NCBI GenBank assembly: GCA_000934665.2
Contig: JYFJ02002385.1
Span: 1-58,034 of the forward strand
Origin: Catajapyx aquilonaris
Taxonomy: Eukaryota
Direction: 5' to 3'
Length of the DNA stretch: 58,034 nt
The notes beneath the pieces were generated by a model. That model was not told where the DNA came from. It did no database searches and saw only the letters and a list, made by a program, of their open reading frames with translations. This document shows positions 1 through 12,511 of the stretch, in pieces; the first letter of the stretch is position 1; each line of letters starts with the position of its first letter. The translations under genes were made by a program, and so were the position numbers.

Positions 1-2698
1 CCAGGAGAAACGAAATAGAATTATAATCATTCATGCATTTTATTGTTATACTTACGTCAATGCACAAATTCCAGCCCACAATGATGAACAATATTACAAT
101 GATTGAACATTTTAAAGTTTCTGCAAATATGTAAAAAAAAACTCGAAACACTAATATTTATCACATGCAAATTTCTTATTCTAATTGGCATGTAGGTTAG
201 GGATCAAAATATGTAGACCACTAATATATCGTGGAGCAAAAGGGGCGTGTTCCCATTTTTTCCTATGGCTTATTATGTTTCTGGGAGACTTATGAATATT
301 TCCTGTGTATCGCACACTGGTTGACACGATTAAATATTATGTTTCCTGTATAACTATACGCTGATAATAATTTAAATTTTATTTGATGCTTTACATCCAA
401 CCTGCTATAAGATATCTCAAAAATGTAATAATTGAAGATTGTCCGGGTCAAAATAGCATGTTACATTACACACACGCAAAAAATAATCATGTTGCACCTT
501 TCCAGGTAAGACTGAGGTTTCTTTTATTCGTTTTGACATAAATCAAAACTGTTATCTGAATTAATAAGACTGTGTTTCTGCCTTTTTTTGTTCATAACAC
601 TTCTCTTCTAGCTGCATGTCTACAGTTCCATGTGGCGAAGAACGAAAATTCAAATTCCGAGGATGAATTTTGAGACAAGTCATCCTCAAGGCATTCAAAA
701 TGTAAGTACTGTATAAACTACTCCATAGTATGAGCAAAGTAGCCCTGGAAGCCCAGATCGACATTTAATTAGAGTGTATTCTTGTAATAAAAATCAATAC
801 GAGAAGAAATTGCATAAGGTGACAGGATGTCCGTCCAGAAGCGGCAGGAGGTGCTCTCAATGAAAAGAATATTTTGCATAATGATGCTTTAAAATAGTTA
901 AAGTCATGCTGACGTACTTTTGAAGTGCTCGTGTTTAAAATTTGTCGCCAACACTACACGGTAGAGCGAGTCCCATCTCCGTCTTATGCAAATTATTATT
1001 ATTACGGAAGAGGATGGCCAGCTGTTTGCAATGGGTTACATGAGTGCACTATATCGTCATTCGATTTAAAGAAAATTTCATACAGTGATAGCCTACATAA
1101 TATACGATACATACAATTTTCTCGTATGTATCATACGCTTGACGAATTTCCAAAATAATGATGACAAGGCAAAATATTATCCAGTATTTCGGTAGCAAAA
1201 TCAAAAGAAAGATATTGTAAAGAGCAGCGGCGCACCCGGGCCGCACCCCCCCCCCCCAAATGTTTGAAATTTCATTATAAATTACGAATTCATACATTTT
1301 AATTGAAAAAGTGCTACAAATTTCATCAAATATGCCCCTATTTAAATCTCCCACATTCACCTAAGCTCGTGTGTCCTTGAACCCCAACTTTTTTCCAGGT
1401 ACTGTAATTTACTCAGTTTACAGATGCGTGTCAACATTAAATTTCCATACAAACATAAGAAATATTATTTTTCAGAACAACATCTGCAAGATCCAGGTTC
1501 CAATATACAATAATTTATGTGGGAAAAAAAGAGCAGCCGTTCAAACTAGTACCGCCGCAGACTGGCCAGTTCCATCACGCCTACTTGTAGCAGTTGGAGT
1601 GAGGTCATCCTTCGTTGGTGTCGGCTGTGAAAGACTGGTCATAGGTCAATCACAGCCCACACCAGCCTCATGAAAACCTGATCAAAATAATAATTATTGT
1701 GCCAGTCGTGGCCCAACAATGCCGCATTGTTGTTCTGGATGGCACAGCAAAAGGGACATTGTTTACTCCCTCTGTTGATGTGTGACGGCATCTCCATCAT
1801 CTGTCTTATTTGATCTCAATCATGGACATTTGGCTGTATGCAGATATTACCCAACATTCCAACAATGCTCTGCTTGTCCGTCCCTCGCCCTGCCCAGAAT
1901 TCTCCTGTTTCCTTCCACAATCAAAATACATCAGCAGCACTGTCTCATATTAAGGTAGCCTCATTGAAATATGATATATCCAATTTTAATTTTTAATGTG
2001 CCTGACACTTGAAAACCTACTATGGAGATGAAGCAACATATGATTCGAACGTACAATCTATTGGTTGGTAAATGAAACACGCTAATCTCACTTCCACCGG
2101 TGTAAGTTTGACAGGATATGCGTGTGACAAGATCCGCATGACATCAGGTGTGAAACAAGGAAGAGCTGATCAAGTTAATCGCATGTCATTTCTGACTGCG
2201 TTATGTCATCTATCCTGATCATATTCTGAATGGACAAGAAATTGATTCTGCAAGAGTGATTACTGGACTGTCTAACCAGCGTGGTCAGGTACTCTCTGTA
2301 AGAAGTGTAATCACACTTAATCATGAGTAGGATCCAGTACACATGAAAAAGTATTACTCCTAACGCAATTGTACGGAGATGATTCGTGCAACCAATGTTA
2401 CGTTGTCTGTCCGGAAGTCAAATAAAGAGTATGAGGACTACAACAATACGCACGAGGACAATGAGCTACACAGAACACTATGGAATAGCCAGACCTTTTT
2501 ATTTCACTGGATGTACTGCCTCATACTGAATATTACAATATATTACACCATGACAGCTGAATAAACAACAACAAGGCCGGAAAGTCTTCCAACGCACCTA
2601 TTCAAGCATTTCAGAATGGTCATGAGCACAGAGTTGATACATATATGATCGAACAAAAACAAACAGACTTGGAGTCTGATTTTAGGGTGTGAGAGAAC

Positions 2699-4731
2699 AT
2701 GACTATCGCTAAATCGTTACTGCTCCTCGTTGTCTTCACCGCCCTTTTCCAGGTAATAATTATTATTGTAATCATTTTTTGCTTTGACTTCGATTCTCAT
2801 GCGCACAAATTCGATCATCAATTTCTTTGCAGATTTACCGAGGTATGTAATGTAGGAGGCATGTCAAAGATGCATACGGCTGGTTAACCTCACCTTTTCT
2901 GTTATTTCTTTGATTTATGTAAGGCGAAGATGAATACGAAGAGTGTCCCGGTATGTCCAAGAGATGCGTCAATTCCTTCTACCATCCAATCGTGCGGGTA
3001 AGTAGACAAAATACATGTCGCCCATACCCAGCCCGCAAATGCGAGTTACAAACATTTGAAAGTTACATTGTAACTGTAATGTCTTAGGAGGGCTCCTTCA
3101 GCAATGGGCTCGGTTCAGCGTGTAGGGATATCCTGTAGTGGCGCATGCGTATTCTTGATGGTAGATCTCGATGTGTAAGAGGGAGTGAGTACCTTGTGAA
3201 ACTGGAGGAGTAACTCACACAGTTGTGTCTATCCTTGCTGTTGGTACCTCGTAAGATTATGAATGAAACTGTTTATAAACCTTGCATGCTTTTGACTTGT
3301 GCAGGGCTGCGGAATTGTGACAAAACCATCCGCGGCTGCACTCAAGACATGTGCTGCAAATTTAGGAATTGAACTTCCTTGCTTCACTCTGGCTACCTGC
3401 GACTTGGGAAATGTCGTTCAGTGCTTGGAAAGCGAAGGAAACCTACAAACCGAAGTCAACTTTCAAGAGGAGAGCATTCAGAAGGTTGGCATCAATGTAT
3501 ATTTTTAAACGTCGTCTTTTCTGCAATAACTCTCAATAGAGTCATAGTCAAACAAATAATATAACTATGAATCATTCAATGATTTTCCACCATTTCTTTT
3601 TCGAAAAAAATATTGTGAATGAAATGAATGTGTTTTTTTATTTCAGGGTCTGGTGTACTGCTTGATGACGGAACAGCAATTGGTAGGATTTCAAACAAAC
3701 TTCTAATGTTAATTACTTCTTACCACTGTAATATGCATTCACATTGAAGCGGGAACCAAATATCAAATTATCAGTTTCTGAAAACTTCATACAAATTGTT
3801 GCATATTGTTGGATCAAAGTATTTAATATTTATGTTTCTATGTAATTACAAGATGGACCCCGATGGAAATTGCATCATTGACACCATATGCTCGCATTTG
3901 TCGGATCGTTTCTTGGGAGGAAATGCCGTTGAGGAAAGCAGCCGTAATGCGTTGCAACAATGTCTAGACACTCCTCCTGCAGATGATGGCAAGTATAGTC
4001 AGGTTCACACGGCTAAAACGACAGATTAATATTATTCTTCTCATTATAGGAAGAGATCCGAATTTCCAAAAAGCTGAACAAATTTTAATGTGCATGACAG
4101 GAGCCGTATACGATGTAAGTTCTGGTAACCTCTTCTATAAGAGGCACTTTGATGCAATTATGCTGTCACTTAGAGTAAATTTGAAAAATATGCAGTACGA
4201 TATTAGACCTACAAGCATATTTCCAAATGTATGTCTTAATCTCAGAGGATTACTGAATGTGTGGACCAAGCATGCCAACAACTCCTTGACACTCCTGGCC
4301 TCGAGGAGGAGGTCAGCAATCTACCCCCAGGACACACTTTTGACAACGGATTCACTCAACCTGAAGCCACTTCTGAGGGAACTCCTACTGAAGAAAGTTC
4401 TGATGCTACCGAAGAAAGTTCTGATGCTACTGAAGCTACTTCTGCTGATACTGAAGCTGCTTCTGCTGATACTGAAGCTGCTTCTGCCGATACTGAAGCT
4501 ACTTCTGCTGTTACTGAAGCAACGACACAGGCAGCAGAAACAGGAGGCGCATGTGGAGGCGATAAAATGTGGACAGATAAGCAAGGCAGAGTGAGAGAAG
4601 GCAAACAAGGCCAATGGTGTGGCCAAAGCGGCACCTGGGAACCTGCTGACGATGATTGGAAGAAAGGCTACAATGAATGGAAAAAAGAAAATCACCAGTC
4701 CAGCGACTCATCCTCCAGTGAAGGAGATTAG
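2699..4731 (+). CDS. Array gene 1: secreted Cys-rich (OBP-like) protein with Glu/Ala/Ser/Thr stalk and Trp-rich C-terminal module
   Basis: Exons 2699-2752, 2833-2842 (10 nt), 2924-2997, 3305-3484, 3647-3682, 3853-3988, 4050-4114, 4246-4731 join in one frame: MTIAKSLLLLVVFTALFQ-IYRG-EDEYEECPGMSKRC... All introns are GT-AG except 3989-4049 (GC-AG). The structure is the same in five paralogs. Confidence 0.88.
4390..4515 (+). repeat. Coding 21-bp tandem repeat, 6 units (EESSDAT/EAASADT)
   Basis: Visible periodicity gaagaaagttctgatgctact / gaagctgcttctgctgatact. Confidence 0.9.
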
Positions 4732-4950
4732 CATAACAATTTTGAGCACTACTCTACACAATAAAATGTTTGATCTAAGTTATCATGTGTAATTAAATGA
4801 CAAATTTTAGTTGTTCTACATTAATATCGCAGATGCTTTTAAATAACTAACACGAGTTTCATTTTTATGGAGTTTTTTTTTCTACACATCATCCAATCTG
4901 TGTTGGAACTTATGGATGATCTAGCTTCCAAATACTGTAAGTTATGTAAG

Positions 4951-5093
4951 TCTATATAAATAAAGCCGTCTGTGATCTGTCTGTCTGTCGTCTGTCTGTC
5001 TGTACCGCCTGCCAACCGTCATTTGCCTACCATCTGTGGTCCACCTCCAACACCTTCAACCTATCCCACTGGAAACGCCGACCGTCATTTGTC
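4951..5093 (+). mobile_element. Non-autonomous Helitron-like element fragment
   Basis: Starts TCTATATAAATAAAGCCGT, contains a (CTGT)n tract, and shares ccgcctgccaaccgtcatttgcct with the copy at 28772. The 3' end is not resolved. Confidence 0.55.
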
Positions 5094-5598
5094 AAAGAAG
5101 TACAAAATTCACAAGCAACAGAGTGCGACTATGTGCGACTTTGTTATTTTATGACTCCAGGAAGCATCCAACAGTATACCTTGGAATCATCATATGACGT
5201 TTGCAATATTATGATAACTTTTTTCTAAACTATACAATTCGCCATATGATTGATCTGTGCACTCCGAGTGTGGGAAAAATGTCAACAAAAAAATCATTCA
5301 TTATACAATGACCATCATGAGCTTATTTCAAGGTCAGCCGGAATCAGGCACTTTCGAAATCAGGTGTAAGCTAGGATGTAATCAGATAATTACAAGTAGG
5401 ATCCAATGATTACATATAATTATAATAATTTTTCATATTCTGAAAAATTATTACATCTAGTCATAAGTAATAAGTAGAGGTGAACACAGGACAGGGGATT
5501 TCGTGCAAGCAAGGTTCCGGTTTCTGTACGGAAGTCAGCTAAGGAGGCGGAGATGTGGACTGAAACAAAGAGGACGAGAAAAATGAACTAGACAAAAC

Positions 5599-5606
5599 TG
5601 ACGTCA
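5599..5606. promoter_or_regulatory. CRE palindrome TGACGTCA, also at 9244-9251, 12321-12328 and 15104-15111
   Basis: Perfect 8-mer retained at the homologous position upstream of genes 2-5 while the flanks diverge. An ETS-type (C/A)CGGAAGT lies about 70 bp upstream (5528, 9173, 15030) and at the homologous site of gene 1 (2411). Confidence 0.5.
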
Positions 5607-5821
5607 CTTTTGAATTGCGAGAGCTCATTGTGGCACTGGAGGTGTTGTCTCACATCGAATTGTAAATTACATAAAACCTGAGTGAATACAATAGGACCGG
5701 AAAGTCTTCCGACATACACGCATCCCTGGAACATATACCGATGATACAGAATGGTCACGAACAGAGCTGATTTATAATATTGAACAAATAGAAACATACT
5801 TATTTTCGGTTGTGAGACAAC

Positions 5822-8520
5822 ATGACTCTCGCAAAATCGTTTCTGCTCCTCATTGTCTTCACGACCCTTTTTCAGGTAATAATGCTCTCTCGTATTCATA
5901 TATTTGTTGTGATTCTTGATTCACATCGACATAAATTGAGCACCATGTTCTTTTCAGAGTTACAGAGGTATGGAGAACAGAAGGCACATATTTCAGGACA
6001 AATACATGTTTCAAACATGGGATACTGACATGTACATTGCAGGGCATGCAGTAGATTTGTGATAATATTATTCTGACACCAACAGTAGGCGGTATAAAAT
6101 TGACATTTTCAATACTTGTGAGACAATCGGTTGAAACGAAAAAGTGAGCAATCTAGTTTTTATCGCCAAAAACAGTATTTAGGCAGATATTGTGTGCGTG
6201 ATTCCTTTGTCTTAATAGTTAATGAGATGTCATTAATTGTCGTCAGACGATATTTTGATATACCACGTATTATTATATTATAGCAGAACGAGAAGCCTAA
6301 AGAAATACTGTAGATTTTCTATACATTGTGACATAAGTGATGCAATCGCAGAGATTGTTGACATCACCGTTTGTTTTTATTTCCTTGATTTACGCAAGGG
6401 GATGAAGCTGCAGATGAATACGAAGAGTGTCCCGGTATGTCCAAGAGATGCGTCAATTCCTTCTACCATCCAATCGTGCGAGTAAGTTAGCCAGCATACT
6501 ACAAACCTCCAGTAAGTTTATAACAACTCTTGTGACCTGCGCAGGGCTGCGGAATTGTGACAACACAAGCTGCGGCTGCCGTCAAGACATGTGCTGCAAA
6601 TTTAGGAATTCCAATTCCTTGCTTCACTCTGGCTACCTGCGATTTGGGAAATGTGGTTGAATGTTTAGGCAGTGACGAAAACAGACAAGCCGAAGTCAAC
6701 TTTCAACAGGAGAGCATTCAGAAGGTTTGGGTCCAGCATGTTACATTGCTCTTTTTCTTTGTGATATGTAATACCAGGTAATACTCAAGGGATTGAAGCA
6801 AACAATGTGGTCTAATTATGAAGCCTTCAACTCCATTCTATCATTTTTTTCAGAAACAATGTTACGAATAAAATGAACGTGTTCTTCATTTTAGGGTCTC
6901 ATGAACTGCGTGATGACGGAACTGAATTTGGTAAGATTTCTTATTACCACTTTATAATGTTACTACCTCTTACCAATTTATTGTAACTGGTATTTAGACT
7001 TTGTTAAGTCAAAGTGCTTATTTTAAATAAAATTGAACCCGGAAAATTCGAGTTATGATCATATAACTTGAACAAACCTTGCCTAATTCAAAAGTGGCTC
7101 GCAGTGTAAAAATAACTTAAGAAAATATCATTATTAATGTAGTGATATATATTATTTTATGTTCTTGGTGGTTTCAAGATGGAACCAGATGGAAGTTGCA
7201 ACATTGATACCATATGCTCACATGTGGTGGATCGTTTCATGGGAGGAAATGCCCTTGAGGACAGCAGCCGCAATGAGTTGCAACAATGCCTGGATAGTCC
7301 TCTGCCAGAAGATGATGGCAAGCACTATCGTTATGATGGCCAAGAATCACTATTTAATACTTTCTATCTCATTCAATGTAGGAAGAGAACAACTATTCCA
7401 AAGAGCGGAACAAATTTTAACATGCATGACAGACGCCATAATTGACGTGAGTTCTGGCACCCTCTGCGATAACAGGCACTTATAGATGCAAACATGGCCA
7501 CCTACACGTACTATACCTATATCATTTGCAATAGCTTTTTTAAATGTGTGGTTTATTATATCCTTAAAGGGACACTCCACTCAAATAACAAGTTTGGCTC
7601 CTAAAATCGGGCAGAAAATCCTGAATCCGGAGGTGCAATCCGTTTTTCGCTACGCGGAACGGTAATCCCAGGGGTCAAAGTGGGGAAATTCAAATAGTGC
7701 GCTAGAAGACTCTGGCCGTCCGTCAGCGACGCCCTCGAGACCTTGGGAACTGGAGGGCTGCCCCCGCTTGCCCGCGCGCTTAGGACCATCCCAGAGCGGT
7801 GCAGCCCTCCAGTTCCCCTGTTCCCCGCGTGGCGGCGCAGCTCATTAGCAGACGACTCACTTTGACACCTCGCCCTGGGATTACCGTTCCGCGTAGCGAA
7901 AAACGAATTGCACCGTTGGATTCATGGTTTTTTGCCCGATTTTCAGAGCCAAACTAGTTTTTTGAATGGAGTGTCCCTTTAAGTAATTTCCCTAATGGAT
8001 ATCTTATATATCTCAGAGGGTTACTGCATGTGTGGACCAAGCGTGCGAACATCTCCTTGGCACTCCTGGCCTCGAGGACGAGGTCAGCAATCTACCCCCA
8101 GGACACACTTTTGACAACGGATTCACTCAACCAGAAGCCACTTCTGAGGCAACTCCTACTGAGCCAAGCCCTGAGCCAAGCCCTGAGCCAAGCCAGGAGC
8201 CAAGCCCTGAGCCAAGCCCTGAGACAAGCCCTGAGCCAAGCCCTGAGCCAAGCCTTGAGCCAAGCCCTGAGACAAGCCCTGAGACAAGCCCTGAGACAAG
8301 CACTGAAACGACCACTGAGACAACCACTGAGACAACCACTGAAGCGCCTAAAAAATGTGAAAGTAAACGTACGTGGAAGGATAGCAAAGGCAGATTACGT
8401 AATGAGGAAGGCAAAGTGTGTGACGAAACCACTGGCGAATGGCAAGAATCTGATTCTGATGACGAGGACTGGAAAGAATGGGCCAAGAAATATAAGGGAA
8501 TGAATAACAAATATGATTAG
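5822..8520 (+). CDS. Array gene 2: paralog with EPSP/ETSP/ETTT stalk
   Basis: Exons 5822-5875, 5958-5967, 6399-6481, 6545-6724, 6895-6930, 7179-7317, 7382-7446, 8017-8520; open frame; GC donor at 7318; MITE in the last intron. Confidence 0.88.
7568..7978. mobile_element. MITE with long TIRs and TTAA target duplication (Kolobok/T2-type)
   Basis: TTAA (7564-7567) | AGGGACACTCCA ... TGGAGTGTCCCT | TTAA (7979-7982). Imperfect TIRs exceed 100 bp. GC-rich core. Absent from the homologous intron of the other paralogs. The purine-purine start fits Kolobok rather than piggyBac (CCY). Confidence 0.85.
8161..8340 (+). repeat. Coding 12-bp tandem repeat, 15 units grading EPSP to ETSP to ETTT
   Basis: gagccaagccct, then gagacaagccct, then gagacaaccact. 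Confidence 0.92.
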
Positions 8521-8903
8521 GGGAGGAATTGAACGTCCAGTCATTTCAGTGAAGTCGATTAGCATAATATTTATGACCACTAGACTACTCTTTACGGCTC
8601 ATTGACATTATCAGGTGTACATAATAAACCACTTCATTGTGGCCCTATACATATATGCCACTATAGCATCTGGATATTCCCTGAGAAAGTACATTCTTTT
8701 CAGCATTAATAATCTGTTACGATTAATATTGGCTATGAAAGTTTGTCTTAGGTCTCTACTGCCATGACCTGTTCCCATCGGAAAATGGAAAGTAAAATAA
8801 ATTCTGCGCAAGGCAGATTATTATTATCAACCCACTTGTTCAATGTTTTTCTACGCTATTCACATGAGATATTACTGTCACATGTATTATCTCTGTTATA
8901 TTA

Positions 8904-9049
8904 CAGTGTTGGACATTAATCGAGGCATAGTGCTAGCGACATTTTCCGAAGCGGCAGAAGAAGGAATCTTGCCCGGCTTGCTTCGATTCCTTCTTCTGCC
9001 GCCTCGGAAAATGTCGCTAGAACTATGCCTCGATTAATGTCCAACACTG
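8904..9049. mobile_element. 146-bp fold-back MITE with CAGTG...CACTG ends (Tc1/mariner-like)
   Basis: About 65-bp near-perfect inverted arms around a 16-nt spacer. TA is present on the left flank only. Confidence 0.7.
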
Positions 9050-9548
9050 AACTCCTCGTATTACCCCGCAATTAAGCACCTGATGTCCCTGTCACTGTTA
9101 TGAAATAAATACCAAGTATGTCGGAGAGTTTCAAACCATCGTCCTTCGTGCAACCAATGTTGTAGTTTCTGTCCGGAAGTCAGATAAAGAGGCGGAGAAG
9201 TGGACTGCAACAGAGAGGAAGAGGGAAATGCACTGCACAGAACTGACGTCAATTTGTCATAGGAAAATTGACACTGTAAAGAGGTTTGATCCTGCCAACC
9301 ACAGAATTCGAGGAAATAGTCACTGAGCTTTATGCACATTTGAATGGGGATATCAATTTGCGTCACTGCGGTACTGTCTGATATCAAAGTGCAATTACAA
9401 CATGACCGTCAAATGAGTACATCAAGGTTGGAAAGTCTTACTGCACAAGCTTTTATGGAAGTTACAGGTGCAGGATGGTACGAGAGTTGACACATGATTT
9501 CGAACAAATACGACCTGGTTGGAGTCAGATTCTAGGTTGTGATGCAGC

Positions 9549-11800
9549 ATGATCCTCACGAGATTACTGCTCCTCATTGTCTTCACGACCTTTTTCCAGG
9601 TACTATATTCTCTTAGTCTCCATTTTTGTTTCAACTTAGATTCCCATATACAAAAATAATTCTATCGCCATTTTCTTTGCAGCTTTGCCCAGGTACAGTA
9701 CGTGTAGGAGTCACATGTATCTTTCCCAGAAAAAGGGTTAGTGTATAGTTTGTTGACCTCACTTTTTGCTATTACTTCCTTGATTTATGTAAGGGTACGA
9801 CCCAAGCGAAGATGAATACGAAGAGTGTCCCGGAATGTCCAAGAGATGCGTCAATTCCTTTTTTCATCCAATCATGAGGGTAAGTATAGTCTGCAGCATT
9901 TTCGTTCGGAGTGCGGAAGCCCATGATGAACATTACCACACCCTGATTTTGTAATGTCCAAATTACGTCGCCTTCGATGTACGTACCTGCAGGGCTGCGG
10001 AATTGTCACAGAGGAAAGCGTAGCTGCACTCACGAAATGCGCTGCTAAATTGAGCATCCAACTTCCTTGCTTCACTGGTGCTACCTGCGACTTGGGAAAT
10101 GTCGTTCAGTGCTTCGGAAATGAAGAAAACAAAAAAGCCGAAGTCAACTTTCAACAGGAGTGCTTTCAGAAAGTAACAAATGAGTATTTTCTTAAGTTGA
10201 TTTCTTTGCAATAATTAAATCATTCGCTGATAAGTATGTAATCCCCTAAGTATTCAAAGAAACGATGTGGTCTGCTATATGAATATTTCAACGCCTTTCA
10301 GACACAATATTGTGAATGAAATGAAATCTTCATTTCAGGGCTTGGTGTACTGCCTGATGACGGCAATGAATTTGGTAGGATTCTTTAATTAAGGCATTAT
10401 TATATGGATTTATATATTTTTGTGTTTGTGCTAAATTGCAAGATGGATATTGCTGGTGGTTGCAAATTGGACATCATATGCTCTCATGTGGAGCAACGGT
10501 TCTTGGGAGGAAATGCCCTTGAGGACAGCAGCCGCAATGAGTTGCAACAATGTCTGGACAGTCCTCTGGGAGAAGATGATGGTAGGTATTCTGGTTCAGT
10601 TGTCCAAATATCACAATTTAACACTTTGCATCTCATTGCAGGAAGAATTAAAATATTCCAAAAAGCGGAACAAATTTTTATATGCATGACAGATGTCATA
10701 ATCGACGTAAGTTCTGGTAATCTCTAAGATATGACATGCACTTTGATGCAAATAATGAGGGCCTAACCATCTGTAGTCCTATGTAGTTTATTAAACCCCT
10801 AAATAATTTTCCTAATGTAACGTTATGTCTTATATCTCAGAGAAGTACTGCATGTGTGGACCAAGCGTGCGAACAACTGCTTGGCACTCCTGGCCTGGAG
10901 GAGAAAGTCAGCAATCTACCCCCAGGATACACATTTGACAACGGATTCACTCAACCAGGAGCCACTTCTGAAGAAAGTACTGCTGCTACAGAAGTCAGTA
11001 CTCCCAGTACTCAGCCTACAGAAGAACCAAGCAGTGAACTTACAGTGTCAAGCACTGAATCAACCACTGAATCAACCACTGAATCAACCACTGAATCAAC
11101 CACTGAATCAACCACTGAATCAACCACTGAATCAACCACCGAATCAACCCCTGAATCAACCCCTGAATCAACCCCTGAATCAACTACAGAATCAACCACC
11201 GAATCAACCACCGAATCAACCACCGAATCAACCACGGAACCAACTACTGCATCAACCACCGAATCAACCACCGAATCAACTACCGAATCAACCACTGAAT
11301 CAACCACGGAACCAACTACTGAATCAACCACCGAATCAACTACCGAATCAACCACGGAACCAACCACGGAACCAACTACTGAATCAACCACCGAATCAAC
11401 TACCGAATCAACCACGGAATCAACTACTGAACCAACTACTGAGTCAACTACTGAATCAACCACCGAATCAACTACTGAATCAACCACCGAATCAACCACT
11501 ACCTCTGAAGCAACAACCACCTCTGAAGCAACAACCACCTCTGAAGCAACAACCACTACCTCTGAAGCAACAACAACAACAACAGCAAGCGCAAGCACAT
11601 GTAAACCCAAGAAAAAAATGTGGAAGGATGAACAAGGTAGAGATCGTGGTGCCAAAAAAGGCCAATGGTGTGACGAAAGCAGCGGCAAATGGAAACCTGC
11701 TGACGATGATTGGCAAGCAGGCTACGAAAAATGGAAAGAAGAGCATCCGGGTGAGAATCAAGGGACCAGCGATGAATCCGATTCTCCCGAAGAAGATTAG
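9549..11800 (+). CDS. Array gene 3: paralog with long (ESTT)n mucin stalk
   Basis: Exons 9549-9599, 9683-9692, 9794-9879, 9993-10172, 10339-10374, 10443-10581, 10642-10706, 10841-11800; all GT-AG; open frame. Confidence 0.9.
11057..11500 (+). repeat. Coding 12-bp tandem repeat, 37 units (ESTT and variants), followed by SEATTT units
   Basis: gaatcaaccact periodicity; 444 nt / 12. Confidence 0.93.
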
Positions 11801-12511
11801 CATAACATTTTGGAGCACTACTCTGTATGTAATGAATTTATCTAAAATATCATGTATAATTAAATAACCAATGCATATGTCGCTGCACCTTTTCAATATT
11901 TCAGAAAAAAACAACAGTTTTCAACGCTAACCCTTTACAAAATTAATGTGATTAGTAATGGCGTGGAAAATGCTGGGTATCTTACATGAGTCATCTTATT
12001 CGTGACAATGATAATGAGCAGGTTGCAAACTATTATGACGCAAGCCACGACACAATAATTATGTTCATCAAATGCTAAATGATGGAGTATCGCATATACA
12101 CACCAGTGATATACCACGAGGTCCAGAGTTCGATCCCCTGGTTGGACGAAGGATTTTCCCACGCTAAAAAAGCTATGATGAGTCATCTATCGTGTAATTG
12201 TAATGAAGTTAACACAGTACAGGGGAGTGGTCCTTCGTGCAACCAAGGTTCGGTTTCTACGCGGAATCCAGCTGATGCGGACTACAACACAGAGGACGAG
12301 GAAATTGAGATACACAGCACTGACGTCATATTATTTCACTCCAGGTACTGTCTCATGCCAAAGTGTAATGACACCAGCATGAAGGCTGAATGAAAACACC
12401 AAGGACGAAAAGTATTCATGGACCAATGCAGGATGGTCACGAGCAGAGTTGACACATGATTTCGAATAAATATAAACAGACTTTGAGTCTGATTTTAGAC
12501 TGTGGGACAAC

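Noticed and set aside
1545..1960. GC-richer segment with possible minus-strand splice sites
   Set aside because: Could not build a consistent multi-exon frame or recognise a product.
7568..7978. piggyBac assignment for the TTAA elements
   Set aside because: The ends read AGGG...CCCT rather than the CCY...RGG of piggyBac.
11057..11500. Regular repeat arrays as CRISPR
   Set aside because: Contiguous 12-21-bp coding units with no unique spacers and no cas genes; eukaryotic context.
11011..11688. Antisense (VVDS)n, (VLAS)n and (GTSTL)n ORFs over the stalks (also 8127, 13927, 16913, 20671)
   Set aside because: Mirror images of the sense-strand repeats, with no independent gene signals.
10854..11867. 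337-aa Asn/Gln/Pro/Leu-rich ORF and similar shifted-frame ORFs (3983, 8030, 13797, 16816, 20766)
   Set aside because: Alternative frames of stop-free coding repeats. The splice phase selects the ESTT/EAST-type frame, which also carries the conserved Cys/Trp motifs.
12080..12160. B-box-like gagttcgatccc
   Set aside because: No convincing A box, tail or tRNA fold; at most a decayed SINE head.
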